From: Candidatus Hydrogenedentota bacterium
Lineage (GTDB): Bacteria; Hydrogenedentota; Hydrogenedentia; Hydrogenedentales; SLHB01
Reading direction: 5' to 3'
DNA: 64,000 bases
Assembly: GCA_963668025.2 (NCBI GenBank)
Contig: CAXXTH010000022.1
Span: 149,791-213,790 of the forward strand
This document shows, piece after piece, positions 10,587 to 20,487 of the stretch (positions are counted from its first letter, which is position 1; each line of letters starts with the position of its first letter). The notes under the pieces are model-generated. The model did not search any database. It had not been told where the DNA came from and worked only from the letters and a program-made list of their open reading frames with translations. A program made the translations under genes and the position numbers.

Positions 10587-10633
10587 TGCCCTATTTTACA
10601 CGATGCAACTCAACCTATAGGAGTGTAGGAACC

Positions 10634-11713
10634 ATGAAGATGTTACGCATCAACCGCATCGAATTCGCTGTGCTGCTCACCATCGTCGTTGCATTTGCAT
10701 TGTTGTTGACGCCTGCGGCGCGCATGGCGCTGGCGCAGGACACGAAGAGCGCCTGCCAAAACAACCTTAAACAATGGGGCATCGTCTGCAAGATGTACGC
10801 CAATGAAAATAAAGGCAGCCTATACCCCCCTCCCATGCGCTACCACGTACTTGGCCGGAGACTGCCCCGCGGATTCGCGGCGGAAGCGCTGTACCCTGAA
10901 TACTGGACTGACATCAGTATCGCCATCTGTCCCGCCGATCCTCGTATAGACAGCCCATTGGCGGATCAAAAGACAGGCGTGCAACAAGATTTTATTGGGC
11001 AAACCCAGGCTATCACGGCGAGAGGCACGGATGAATCAAGCAAGAAAGTTTGCCTGAATACATTATTATCTCAACCTATTTCGTATGTCTATTCCGGTTA
11101 CGCTACTACTAGCATGCCAGAATTCACCGACGCTACACTAAGCCACGCGGAAGCGCTCAAAGCTGAATGGGATGCAAATCCTGATTCTTATCAATCTTGG
11201 ACGGCGGCGGAGATGATCGCTGCAGGCTGTCCCAATTGGCGTTCAATCAGACGCGGGGCTGCATATGAGTTAGAAGGCGTCATCTATGCAAAAAATGACA
11301 TCAAGCAACTGAAGCCAGGAACCTTCAGCAATCAATTACGGCCCGAAAACAAAGAAGCGGAAGAACGCGGATGGACTTTGCCGGAGTACCTCATGTTGTC
11401 GGAAGGCGTCGAGCGCTTTATGATCACGGATATTAATAATCCCGCTGCAAGCGCAATGGCGCAAAGCAGCATAGGGCTGATGTGGGATGCGTGGGGCCCT
11501 CAAATGGATATCCCGTTGAACGCCCCGGCGGACACGGAAGTAAAAAACATGCGCTTCCACCACACGCCTGGCGCATGCAATGTGTTATTCATGGATGGGC
11601 ATGTTGAATTTGTCAAATTCAGTGAAAAATACCCATGCACGGCGGCGCTGGATGATGGCACAGTCAGCCCCTTGATACTGGCCGTCATGGAACGGGCTGG
11701 CGGGCAAGGGTAA
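10634..11713 (+). CDS. DUF1559 / H-X9-DG pilin-like protein without a canonical prepilin cleavage Gly
   Basis: MKMLRINRIEF followed by a TM helix, [57 protein letters not shown]. Start at the ATG after AGGA. Confidence 0.9.
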   Translation: MKMLRINRIEFAVLLTIVVAFALLLTPAARMALAQDTKSACQNNLKQWGIVCKMYANENKGSLYPPPMRYHVLGRRLPRGFAAEALYPEYWTDISIAICPADPRIDSPLADQKTGVQQDFIGQTQAITARGTDESSKKVCLNTLLSQPISYVYSGYATTSMPEFTDATLSHAEALKAEWDANPDSYQSWTAAEMIAAGCPNWRSIRRGAAYELEGVIYAKNDIKQLKPGTFSNQLRPENKEAEERGWTLPEYLMLSEGVERFMITDINNPAASAMAQSSIGLMWDAWGPQMDIPLNAPADTEVKNMRFHHTPGACNVLFMDGHVEFVKFSEKYPCTAALDDGTVSPLILAVMERAGGQG

Positions 11714-11775
11714 CACAATTTACCCTTCTCATAAGTTTGAGTCCCAGAAGTATGAACCTGTAATCTTAGTGGCTG

Positions 11776-11827
11776 GCCACATTGGCCTTGATGCCCAGGC
11801 CTTCTTCGGCATCAAGGCCAATGTGGC
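11776..11827. repeat. Perfect 20-bp inverted repeat with a 12-nt loop (terminator- or REP-like hairpin)
   Basis: gccacattggccttgatgcc-caggccttcttc-ggcatcaaggccaatgtggc; no U-tract. Confidence 0.75.
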
Positions 11828-12139
11828 TCCCAACACCGTAGAGCACTTCAAGATTGGCCTTGCGCCTTCCCTATACCACCGATTCATCCCTTTTCCCAAT
11901 CTGCCTGGAGTTATGGCTAGACATGCAGGCTGTCCGTAGCTTTACTTTTCTATTTGTCCAGGAATTCGAGAAAACCGCGATTAAGAAATCGTAATCCAAT
12001 CACTAGATCATATTTTAATATTGGGATGGTAGTCTCTCATCGAGGGTTGAAATCGTGCCGCTTGCAGAATAGTTAGAGAAACAACTCGTGTGCTGGACCG
12101 GCAGGGTTCATTAGCGCGCCATGGAAAGTGAGGAAAGTG

Positions 12140-13684
12140 ATGAATACGGCATCGACAATGATTGCAAAAAGACGCTATGCGCCGTCCCTTTTCTGTTCTG
12201 CTTTGTCCATCTTGTTCTTTGTTACGCTGGCCGGTGCGGATCCATACACCCAAAGTAGTGGGACAGTAAGCAAGACTGGCCAGGCGTATACGGCAAGTAA
12301 TCAGGATGAATCGGGCGTGCTTGTCACCGGAGGTGAGTTCACACTGTCCGACTCAACCGTCACAACAACAGGCAATACCTCGTCGGGCGACAATAGCAGT
12401 TTTTATGGGCAAAATGCCGGGGTATTGGCCAAATCGGGCGGCAAGATAAACCTTTCGGGCTGTACGATAACCACGAGCGGTACGGGGGCGAATGGCGTTT
12501 TTGCGTATTATACCGGCTCTACCGTTACAATGACGGATTGCACGGTTTATTGTTCTGGACAACTAGCCCATGGCATCATGGCCAGCGGCGGCGGGACGCT
12601 TACCGCAACAAATGTCGATATAACGACATTGAATCGCAATGCCGCCCCTATCGCCACGGACCGGGGCGGCGGCACGATTACCGTAACCGGTGGAACCATG
12701 ATCGCTTCTGGTGCGGATTCGCCAGGCATCTATTCCACCGGAGTGATTTCTGTTACCAGCGCCACCATCGAGGCAACGGGATCTGAGGGCGCCGTGCTCG
12801 AAGGGAAAAACACCATTACCCTGACGGACACCAACCTATCCGGAGGACAAACCAATTACGGCGGCGTCTTGCTGATGCAGAGCATGTCGGGCGACTCCGA
12901 TATAGGAACTGCGAGCTTTATCATGGATGGCGGCACGCTCACCGCGCCAAACGGCTCTCTGTTTTTCATTACGAATACTACAGCGACCATTACGCTGACA
13001 GGGGTTAGCGCTTCCGCCACGTCAGGAACTCTCCTGACCGCGTGCGCCACCGACCGATGGGGCACTACAGGCTCGAACGGCGGTTTAGTGACATTGACCG
13101 CAGACGAACAAACACTAGCGGGTAATGTGGCCGTGGATAGCATCAGCACGTTTTCTGGCGCGCTGCAAAATGGTTCGACACTAACAGGCGCCATAAACGC
13201 GGCTAATACCGGCCAATCCGTGTCGCTTGCACTGGATGCGGCCAGCACCTGGACCGTTACGGCGGATTCGTATTTGAGCAGCCTGTCCGATTCCGACGGG
13301 ATTTCCGGCACATCTGTAACCAACATTATTGGCAACGGCAACAATGTCTTTTACGATCCAGACGAGAGCGCCAACAGTTATCTCGACAGCCAAATCTACT
13401 CATTGGTGAATGGGGGCTACCTGGCGCCGGTTGGCGCTGAAATCATAGATACCGATGAAGATGGGCTTCTCGATAGTATAGAAGAAGAACTCGGAACGGA
13501 GCCAGATAACGCAGACACGGACGGCGATGGACTTTCGGACGGTTACGAGGTAAGCAATGGCCTGGATCCGCTAGATCCCAGCGACGCGGCACGCATCGAT
13601 TTACCCGCTGCTTCCTGTATGCTTATGTTCTTGGCAATGGCATTCGCAGGAATGGCCATCGCATGGCGTCGGCGCAAGGCATAG
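12140..13684 (+). CDS. Secreted Gly/Thr/Ser-rich beta-solenoid surface protein with DxDxDG repeats and a C-terminal sorting tail
   Basis: Signal peptide, repetitive ITTSG..A.GV/I.A..GG strands, DTDEDGL/DTDGDGL repeats, tail LPAASCMLMFLAMAFAGMAIAWRRRKA. Confidence 0.8.
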   Translation: MNTASTMIAKRRYAPSLFCSALSILFFVTLAGADPYTQSSGTVSKTGQAYTASNQDESGVLVTGGEFTLSDSTVTTTGNTSSGDNSSFYGQNAGVLAKSGGKINLSGCTITTSGTGANGVFAYYTGSTVTMTDCTVYCSGQLAHGIMASGGGTLTATNVDITTLNRNAAPIATDRGGGTITVTGGTMIASGADSPGIYSTGVISVTSATIEATGSEGAVLEGKNTITLTDTNLSGGQTNYGGVLLMQSMSGDSDIGTASFIMDGGTLTAPNGSLFFITNTTATITLTGVSASATSGTLLTACATDRWGTTGSNGGLVTLTADEQTLAGNVAVDSISTFSGALQNGSTLTGAINAANTGQSVSLALDAASTWTVTADSYLSSLSDSDGISGTSVTNIIGNGNNVFYDPDESANSYLDSQIYSLVNGGYLAPVGAEIIDTDEDGLLDSIEEELGTEPDNADTDGDGLSDGYEVSNGLDPLDPSDAARIDLPAASCMLMFLAMAFAGMAIAWRRRKA

Positions 13685-13705
13685 TGCCGAATGCTGCCCG
13701 GGCAT

Positions 13706-13734
13706 TTGACGTGGCAGGTCTTCTCACGTAGAAT
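13706..13734 (+). promoter_or_regulatory. Sigma70-type promoter of serC
   Basis: TTGACG-17 nt-TAGAAT, about 65 nt upstream of the serC ATG. Confidence 0.65.
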
Positions 13735-13799
13735 CCTGTCAACCGGGAGGCCGATTCGAGCGAACAGAAATGCTTCCCTCATTGAGAAGGAGTCACGCC

Positions 13800-14894
13800 A
13801 TGACAGAACGCGTCTACAATTTTTCCGCCGGACCCGCAGCTCTACCCTTGCCCGCACTCGAAGAAGCCCAGCGCGACTTGCTGGCCATCGGCAAAGAAGG
13901 CGCTTCCGTGATGGAGATCAGCCATCGCTCGAAAACCTTCGATGGCATCTTGCAGACGGCCAAGGCCAACATCAAGGCGTTGTTGAATATACCAGACAAC
14001 TACCGCATCTTGTTTCTACAAGGCGGCGCAACGCTTCAGTTTTCGATGGTTCCCATGAACCTGCTGCGCGGCTCGGGCAAAACCGCCAGCTATATCCTCA
14101 CCGGTTCGTGGGGCGGAAAAGCGTTGAAAGAAGCCAAGAAAGAAGGCGCTACCAGCGTGGCGTGGGATGGCAAACCAGAGGGATTCGTACGAGTTCCCGC
14201 TCCATCTGAACTGGCCCTCGAGCCGGATGCGGCGTATGTGCATTTTACCTCGAATGAGACCATCGAGGGCGTGCAATTTAAGACGGAGCCCGAAGCGGGC
14301 GGCGCGCCGCTGGTGTGCGATATGTCATCCGATTTTCTGTCCCGCCCCTTCCCCGTGGACCAATACGGGATTATTTATGCCGGCGCACAGAAGAACATCG
14401 GGCCATCGGGCATTGCCCTAGTTATCATGCGGGAGGATTTGCTCGAACGGACGCCTGCGGGCCTGCCGTCACTGCTCGATTATAAGCTCATGGCGGAAAA
14501 TGATTCGCTCTACAACACCCCCCCCACGTTCGGGATCTACATGATCATGCTGGTGACTAAATGGATCATCGAGACCGTGGGCGGCCTGGATAAGATGGCG
14601 GCGTTGAACGCGCGCAAGGCGGCCGCGCTCTATAGCGTCATTGACGCCAGCGGCGGATTCTACAAGGGCCATGCCGCAGTAGAATACCGTTCGGACATGA
14701 ATGTCACATGGCGCCTGCCCAGTGAAGAACTGGAGAAGGATTTTGTCGAACAAGCGAAGGCAGCCGGTTTGGTCGCATTGAAAGGCCACCGCTCGGTTGG
14801 CGGTATTCGCGCATCGATCTACAATGCCATGCCGATGGAAGGCGTGGAAGCGCTGTGCGGCTTCATGGCGGATTACCAGAAGAAAAATGGGTAG
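13800..14894 (+). CDS. serC: Phosphoserine aminotransferase
   Basis: YNFSAGPAALP, SVMEISHRS, LQGGA, DMSS, YAGAQKNIGP, LYNTPP, GHRSVGGIRASIYNA. AAGGAG RBS. Confidence 0.97.
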   Translation: MTERVYNFSAGPAALPLPALEEAQRDLLAIGKEGASVMEISHRSKTFDGILQTAKANIKALLNIPDNYRILFLQGGATLQFSMVPMNLLRGSGKTASYILTGSWGGKALKEAKKEGATSVAWDGKPEGFVRVPAPSELALEPDAAYVHFTSNETIEGVQFKTEPEAGGAPLVCDMSSDFLSRPFPVDQYGIIYAGAQKNIGPSGIALVIMREDLLERTPAGLPSLLDYKLMAENDSLYNTPPTFGIYMIMLVTKWIIETVGGLDKMAALNARKAAALYSVIDASGGFYKGHAAVEYRSDMNVTWRLPSEELEKDFVEQAKAAGLVALKGHRSVGGIRASIYNAMPMEGVEALCGFMADYQKKNG

Positions 14895-14906
14895 TTGGTG
14901 CTAAGC

Positions 14907-14942
14907 GGGGCGCTTTCGAAGGTGAAAGCGCCCCTTTTTTTT
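14907..14942 (+). terminator. Rho-independent terminator of serC
   Basis: ggggcgctttc-gaaggt-gaaagcgcccc followed by T8. Confidence 0.9.
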
Positions 14943-15828
14943 ATTCATGAAGATCTTTTACTTGAATGCTTGCATGGATATGCTTTAGAAAAGCCTGCTC
15001 GGCGCGGGTCTGATACGCGCCCCGCCGCCAGATGGCTCCAATCCGCACCGGCGGCAAACCGGATACATGGATTCTCTCGAGCGCCCGGTCGCTGGGCTGG
15101 ATGGCCACACTGGGCAGGAATGACAATCCCACTCCTTCGGCCACGTAGCGCTTGATCACCTCGAAGCTGCCGCTATCCAGCACAATTTGAGGCTCGAAGC
15201 CCTCCCGGCGAAAATGCTCCCGCAACAGGCCGCCCGTGCGGGTAGTTTCATCCAGCAGTAGAAACGGCTCTCCCGCGAGGTCCGCCAGGCATAGTTGGCG
15301 CGGCTTGCCGCGCAACCAGCGCCGGGGGGCCACCAAGACCAGTTCTTCTTGAAACAATTCACGTTCTTCCAGCTCCGTCCGCTCGACAGGCAGCGTAACA
15401 ATGCCCAGATGCAGCTCGCCACGCGCCACTTGCTCCGCGATGGCGCTGGACGGGCGGTTCACCAGGGCCAGGCGCGTGCGCGGCATGGCTTTCGCGAATG
15501 CCCGCACTACGGGCGGCAGCACATAAAGCGCGGTCGTGTCGCTCGTGCCCACATGCAGCGCCTGGATATCCGCTTCATCGAGATCCGCCAGTTCGCGGAC
15601 AAGGCTTTCCGCCGCACCCAGGATTGCGCTGGCGCGGGCGTAAAGCCGCTGGCCAGCGGGCGTGGGCGTACAGGTGCGCCGTTCAAGCAGCATGTGGCCC
15701 GCCTCGCGTTCCAGCGCCTTGATTTGCTGGCTCACGGCAGGCTGGGAACGGTGCAGCCGGGCGGCGGCGGCATGAAAACTGCCGCATTCGATAATGGCGC
15801 AAAAGCACCGAAAACCTTCCAATGTCAT
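14941..15828 (-). CDS. LysR-family transcriptional regulator
   Basis: GSFHAAAARLHRSQPAVSQQIKALERE HTH plus a LysR substrate-binding domain. Divergent from purM. Confidence 0.95.
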   Translation of the reverse strand: MTLEGFRCFCAIIECGSFHAAAARLHRSQPAVSQQIKALEREAGHMLLERRTCTPTPAGQRLYARASAILGAAESLVRELADLDEADIQALHVGTSDTTALYVLPPVVRAFAKAMPRTRLALVNRPSSAIAEQVARGELHLGIVTLPVERTELEERELFQEELVLVAPRRWLRGKPRQLCLADLAGEPFLLLDETTRTGGLLREHFRREGFEPQIVLDSGSFEVIKRYVAEGVGLSFLPSVAIQPSDRALERIHVSGLPPVRIGAIWRRGAYQTRAEQAFLKHIHASIQVKDLHE

Positions 15829-15895
15829 GATAAGTTCTCCTTATCATTAATATTAAAAGATTTCATTTGACTTATACAAGAGCAGTGATTAAGGT
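15827..15895 (+). promoter_or_regulatory. LysR-type box (T-N11-A palindrome) and purM promoter
   Basis: ATGATAAG-ttctc-CTTATCAT perfect dyad at 15827-15847 overlapping the lysR start; TTGACT(15867)-17 nt-TAAGGT(15890). Confidence 0.65.
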
Positions 15896-15943
15896 TAAGG
15901 AAGGAACCGGCGCTAACGCCGCACACGCCATGGAGAGCCTAGC

Positions 15944-17014
15944 ATGACGGAACATCAAGAAGGACTCAGTTATCGGGACGCAGGGGTCGATATCGACGCC
16001 GCCACCGAAGCGCTCAAACAGATTAAGACCTTTGTGAACCGCACGTTCGACGATAATGTATTGAAGGATATTGGCACGTTTGGAGCCATGTACCGCTTGG
16101 ATGCGAGCGGCATGGAAGAACCCGTGCTCGTATCGAGCGTCGATGGCGTGGGTACGAAACTTAAAATCGCGTTCATGATGAATAAGCACGACACGGTGGG
16201 CATCGACCTCGTGTCGCATTGCGTCAACGACATTCTAGTGCAAGGCGCGCGCCCGTTATTTTTCATGGATTACCTGGCATCGGGAAAACTCGAGCCCGCC
16301 GTGGTGGTCGAAGTGCTGCGAGGCATCACGAATGGCTGCCGCTACGCCGGGTGCCCGCTTATTGGAGGCGAGACCGCTGAGATGCCCGATATGTACCGCC
16401 CGGGGGAATATGACATCGCGGGCACCATTGTCGGCATCGTAGACCGCAAGAAAATTGTGGATGGCGCGGATATTCAAGAGAGCGATGTGCTCATCGGGCT
16501 CGAGTCTTCCGGCCTTCATACGAATGGCTACAGCTTGGCGCGCAAGATTTGCTTTGAAGTGGCGGGGCTTGCCTGCGAAGACCCCATGCCGGGCGTGGGC
16601 CGCACCGTGGGCGAAGCGTTGCTCGAACCGCATCGGAGCTACGCGAAAATCATCCAGATCATACGTAAAATCGTGGATGTCAAAGGCATGGCCCATATTA
16701 CGGGCGGCGGCATTACGGATAACGTGCCGCGCATTCTGCCAGAAGGGCTCGGCGTGGAAGTGCAGCTCGGGACATGGGAAACCCCTCCCCTCTTCCATTT
16801 CTTGCAAGAGCGCGGCCGTGTAGATGAATTCGAAATGCTTCGGACATTCAACATGGGGATTGGGTTTGTGCTGGTGGTGCGTGAACATGACTTGCACCGG
16901 GCCATGCATGCTTTTAACCAAAGCGGCGAAGCGGCGCATGTCATTGGCAAAGTCATCCGGGGCGAATCCAAAGTGAGTTATACAGGGAGTGTGCAATATG
17001 CCGCATCGAATTGA
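15944..17014 (+). CDS. purM: Phosphoribosylformylglycinamidine cyclo-ligase (AIR synthetase)
   Basis: YRDAGVDI, DGVGTK, GGETAEMP, SSGLHTNGYSL, HITGGG, TFNMGIG. Confidence 0.97.
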   Translation: MTEHQEGLSYRDAGVDIDAATEALKQIKTFVNRTFDDNVLKDIGTFGAMYRLDASGMEEPVLVSSVDGVGTKLKIAFMMNKHDTVGIDLVSHCVNDILVQGARPLFFMDYLASGKLEPAVVVEVLRGITNGCRYAGCPLIGGETAEMPDMYRPGEYDIAGTIVGIVDRKKIVDGADIQESDVLIGLESSGLHTNGYSLARKICFEVAGLACEDPMPGVGRTVGEALLEPHRSYAKIIQIIRKIVDVKGMAHITGGGITDNVPRILPEGLGVEVQLGTWETPPLFHFLQERGRVDEFEMLRTFNMGIGFVLVVREHDLHRAMHAFNQSGEAAHVIGKVIRGESKVSYTGSVQYAASN

Positions 17015-19973
17015 AGTGGGCATGAAGCCAGGCTTGCCGGATGCGGCGGGCATGGGCGTGCGCCGCAGGCTTGCGGATGATCTAGGGATCCAGGCCGCCG
17101 ATGTTCGTGTAATACAGGTATATACCATTAATGCAGAACTGAGTTTAGATGAACTCGAGCGTATCCGCACGGAGCTATTCACTGATCCCATTATCCAGGA
17201 TTCAACTGTTGACGCTTCCCTCGCCCTAGGCGAGGCATATCATGGATTCGCGTACGCCATTGAGGTGGGCTTTCGTCCTGGCGTGACGGACAACGTGGGC
17301 AAAAGCTCCGCGGAAGGCATTAGCGATACGCTGGGCCGCAGCCTCAAAACCGGGGAAGCGGTCTTCACCTCCCGCCAATATTTGATGTATGGAGAGGTGT
17401 CGCGCGCCACATGTGAACGCACGGCGCGTGATTTGCTGGCCAATGAACTGATCGAGCGGTGGACCGTCAAGACGCAGGATGAAATGGCCGCATTGAACGG
17501 GAAATCCCTCCTCGGCCTCCCCATCGTCAAGGATGAAGGCGGCGCGGAAGTACACACCATAAACCTTGAGGTAGGCGATGCGGAGCTGATGCGTATCAGC
17601 CGGGATGGGATGCTGGCCCTGGAATTGCACGAAATGAAGGCTATCCAGGCCCACTTCCGCGATGCGGCTGTGCATGCGCGCCGCGAAGCCGCGGGCCTTC
17701 CCCCCCACCCCACGGACATCGAGCTCGAGATCATCGCCCAGACGTGGTCGGAGCATTGCAAGCATAAAATTTTTAACGCCCTTATTGAGTACACGGATGC
17801 GGACGGCGCGAAGCACGTTATCGACAGCCTGTTCAAGACGTATGTCAAGAAAACCACCGATGAAGTGGGCAAAAAGGTTGGCTGGCTGGTGAGCGTGTTC
17901 CACGACAACGCGGGGATCATCCATTTTGATGAAAACCATCATTTCGCGCTCAAAGCCGAGACGCATAACAGCCCATCGGCCCTCGACCCTTATGGCGGCG
18001 CGATGACGGGCATCGTCGGTGTGAATCGCGACATCCTGGGCGCGGGCATGGGCTGCCGGTGTATTTTGAATACGGATGTCTTTTGTTTCGCATCGCCCTC
18101 GTATGCGGAAGAGATACCCGCGCGGCTGCTGCATCCCCGGCGTGTGTTCCGGGGCGTCCACCAGGGAGTGAAAGACGGCGGCAATCAGAGCGGCATCCCA
18201 GATGTGAATGGGGCCATTGTGTTTCATGACCGCTTTCTGGGAAAACCGCTGGTATTCTGCGGAACCGGCGGCCTGATCCCCACCACCGTCGATGGGAGGC
18301 CCAGCCATGAGAAAAAGGCCCATCCCGGAGATCTGATGCTCATGATTGGCGGGCGCATCGGTAAAGACGGCATCCATGGCGCTACGTTCTCCTCGGAAGA
18401 ATTACACGAAGGCTCTCCCGCCACGGCGGTGCAGATCGGCGATCCCATCACGCAAAAGAAAATGGCGGAGTTTGTGCTGGAAGCGCGCGATCGCGGCTTA
18501 TTCACCTGCATTACCGACGATGGCGCGGGCGGCTTATCCTCGAGCGTGGGCGAAATGGCGCGCGGCTCCGGCGGTGCGGAAACACATCTCGATAAGGCTC
18601 CACTCAAATATGCCGGACTCGCCCCTTGGGAGATCTTTCTCTCCGAGGCGCAGGAACGCATGACCCTCTCCGTGCCGCCGGACAAGCTCGATGCCTTCCA
18701 GCGCCTGGCGAAGAAACATGCGGTCGAGAGTACGGTGCTGGGCGCGTTTAATGATTCCGGTTATCTGGAATGCTATTACAATGGCAAGCTCATCGGCTCT
18801 CTGGATATGGAATTCCTGCATGACGGCGTACCGCGCATGCATCTCGAGGCGGCTTGGACGCCGCCCCTGCTCGAACCGGAAATCCTAGTCGAAAGCGGCA
18901 ATCTGCTCGAAGATCTTAAGGCGGTGCTCGGCAGCTTGAATGTATGCAGCAAGGAGAGCTTCGTGCGCATGTACGACCACGAAGTGCTGGCGCAAAGCGT
19001 GCTCAAACAGTTCCAAGGCGTGGCGCATGACGGCCCCGGCGACGCCGGCGTCTTGCGGCCCGTGCCCGGCTCGAAGCGCGGCCTCGCGCTTTCGTGCGGC
19101 ATCTGCCCGAAATACAGCGATATCGACACCTATCACATGATGGCGTGCGCGATCGACGAAGCCGTACGCAACCTGATCGCCGTGGGCGCGCAACTAGGCT
19201 CGATTGCGGGGCTGGACAATTTCTGCTGGCCCGATCCCGTGCAAAGTGAGAAAACGCCTGATGGGGCTTATAAGCTGGCGCAGCTTGTCCGCTGCTGCGA
19301 AGCGCTGTATGACGTGTGCCTTGCGTATGACATCCCGCTCATCAGCGGAAAAGACAGCATGAAAAACGACTATAAGATCGGCGACACTAAGATTTCGATT
19401 CCGCCGACGGTATTGTTCACGGCGGCCGCCGTGCTTGATGACGCCACGAAGGTGGTTTCCATGGATGTGAAGAGTCCTGTCGACATCGTATACGTCCTTG
19501 GCAAAACCCAAGTGGAAATGGGCGGCGGGGAATACCTTGCCCTGCGCGGCCAGCTCGGAACGAGCGTGCCGAAAGTGAATGCGCGCGCGGCGCGCATGCT
19601 GTACGAAAAACTGTCTGCTGCTATTGCCCAGGGCTTGGTAGCGTCATGCCACGATTGCTCGGATGGCGGGCTCGGCGCGGCCTTGGCGGAATCGTCCTTC
19701 GCAGGCGGCTTCGGCATGGACATCGACATTACGCCAATAGGACTCGAACAAAATATAGCTGCGCTGTTCAGCGAATCGCAGAGCCGTTTCGTCGTGACTG
19801 TCACACCGAAGCATGCGGAGGCATTTGAGAAAGCCTTAGCGGGCTGCCCGGTAGTGAAGCTGGGATGTGTCATCCCCGAAACGCAATTCCGCTTGCGGGG
19901 ACGGAACGGATATTCCGGAGAAATGGCTCTCGCGGAATTGAAAGAAGCATGGCAGCGGCCTCTTCGGTGGTGA
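16998..19973 (+). CDS. purL: FGAM synthase synthetase subunit with PurS-like N-terminal domains
   Basis: QTWSEHCKHKIF, KAETHNSPS, GRIGKDGIHGATFSS, DDGAGGLSS, LSEAQERM, ISGKDS, HDCSDGG. No glutaminase domain. Confidence 0.95.
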   Translation: MPHRIEVGMKPGLPDAAGMGVRRRLADDLGIQAADVRVIQVYTINAELSLDELERIRTELFTDPIIQDSTVDASLALGEAYHGFAYAIEVGFRPGVTDNVGKSSAEGISDTLGRSLKTGEAVFTSRQYLMYGEVSRATCERTARDLLANELIERWTVKTQDEMAALNGKSLLGLPIVKDEGGAEVHTINLEVGDAELMRISRDGMLALELHEMKAIQAHFRDAAVHARREAAGLPPHPTDIELEIIAQTWSEHCKHKIFNALIEYTDADGAKHVIDSLFKTYVKKTTDEVGKKVGWLVSVFHDNAGIIHFDENHHFALKAETHNSPSALDPYGGAMTGIVGVNRDILGAGMGCRCILNTDVFCFASPSYAEEIPARLLHPRRVFRGVHQGVKDGGNQSGIPDVNGAIVFHDRFLGKPLVFCGTGGLIPTTVDGRPSHEKKAHPGDLMLMIGGRIGKDGIHGATFSSEELHEGSPATAVQIGDPITQKKMAEFVLEARDRGLFTCITDDGAGGLSSSVGEMARGSGGAETHLDKAPLKYAGLAPWEIFLSEAQERMTLSVPPDKLDAFQRLAKKHAVESTVLGAFNDSGYLECYYNGKLIGSLDMEFLHDGVPRMHLEAAWTPPLLEPEILVESGNLLEDLKAVLGSLNVCSKESFVRMYDHEVLAQSVLKQFQGVAHDGPGDAGVLRPVPGSKRGLALSCGICPKYSDIDTYHMMACAIDEAVRNLIAVGAQLGSIAGLDNFCWPDPVQSEKTPDGAYKLAQLVRCCEALYDVCLAYDIPLISGKDSMKNDYKIGDTKISIPPTVLFTAAAVLDDATKVVSMDVKSPVDIVYVLGKTQVEMGGGEYLALRGQLGTSVPKVNARAARMLYEKLSAAIAQGLVASCHDCSDGGLGAALAESSFAGGFGMDIDITPIGLEQNIAALFSESQSRFVVTVTPKHAEAFEKALAGCPVVKLGCVIPETQFRLRGRNGYSGEMALAELKEAWQRPLRW

Positions 19974-20190
19974 GTTGGGGAGATGACGCAGCACGGCATA
20001 GCCACAACCTAAGAACCCGGATTTTTGGACCACGAAACACACTAAATACACTAAACTTGATGGGATCTTGTCAGGTTTGTTGATGAATTTCGGGGTATCC
20101 AAGCTAGAATTTAAACGCTTAGTATGGGGCTATTAACTGTATAAATATTGATATCATCTGTGTAATCAGCGTAATCCGTGGATAAAAATA

Positions 20191-20222
20191 AAACACGTGG
20201 CCTTGATAGAGGCCACGTGTTT
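20191..20222 (-). terminator. Terminator of the small antisense ORF
   Basis: aaacacgtggcc-ttgataga-ggccacgtgttt; on the minus strand it is followed by TATTTTTAT. Confidence 0.75.
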
Positions 20223-20249
20223 CAAAGGATTTTTGCGATGCGGACTAGA

Positions 20250-20369
20250 TTAGTCTTCGCAACCAACATCCGGCACCGTCAGCTCAAGGCCGAGGGTTTC
20301 GTTAAGAAAACCGAAAACGACGTCCAGGATGTTTTGGACCATGCACAAAATGCTGTTCAGGAAATCCAT
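20250..20369 (-). CDS. 39-aa small protein of unknown function (MDFLNSILCMVQNILDVVFGFLNETLGLELTVPDVGCED)
   Basis: Hand translation; AAGGGGA RBS about 6 nt before the ATG; own terminator about 30 nt after the stop; below the ORF-track length cutoff. Confidence 0.7.
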   Translation of the reverse strand: MDFLNSILCMVQNILDVVFGFLNETLGLELTVPDVGCED

Positions 20370-20487
20370 GTCTTGTCCCCTTATAGGTTGGTTGAACACT
20401 AGTTGCTAAACTACTAAACGAAAGCCATCAAAGTATACAGGCCAGGCAGGCAAACGTTACGCGCAAGCGGCGCGCAGGAGAAGGGCA

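Noticed and set aside
12140-13684. Autotransporter call for the beta-solenoid protein
   Set aside because: No C-terminal beta-barrel; it ends in acidic repeats and a TM sorting tail.
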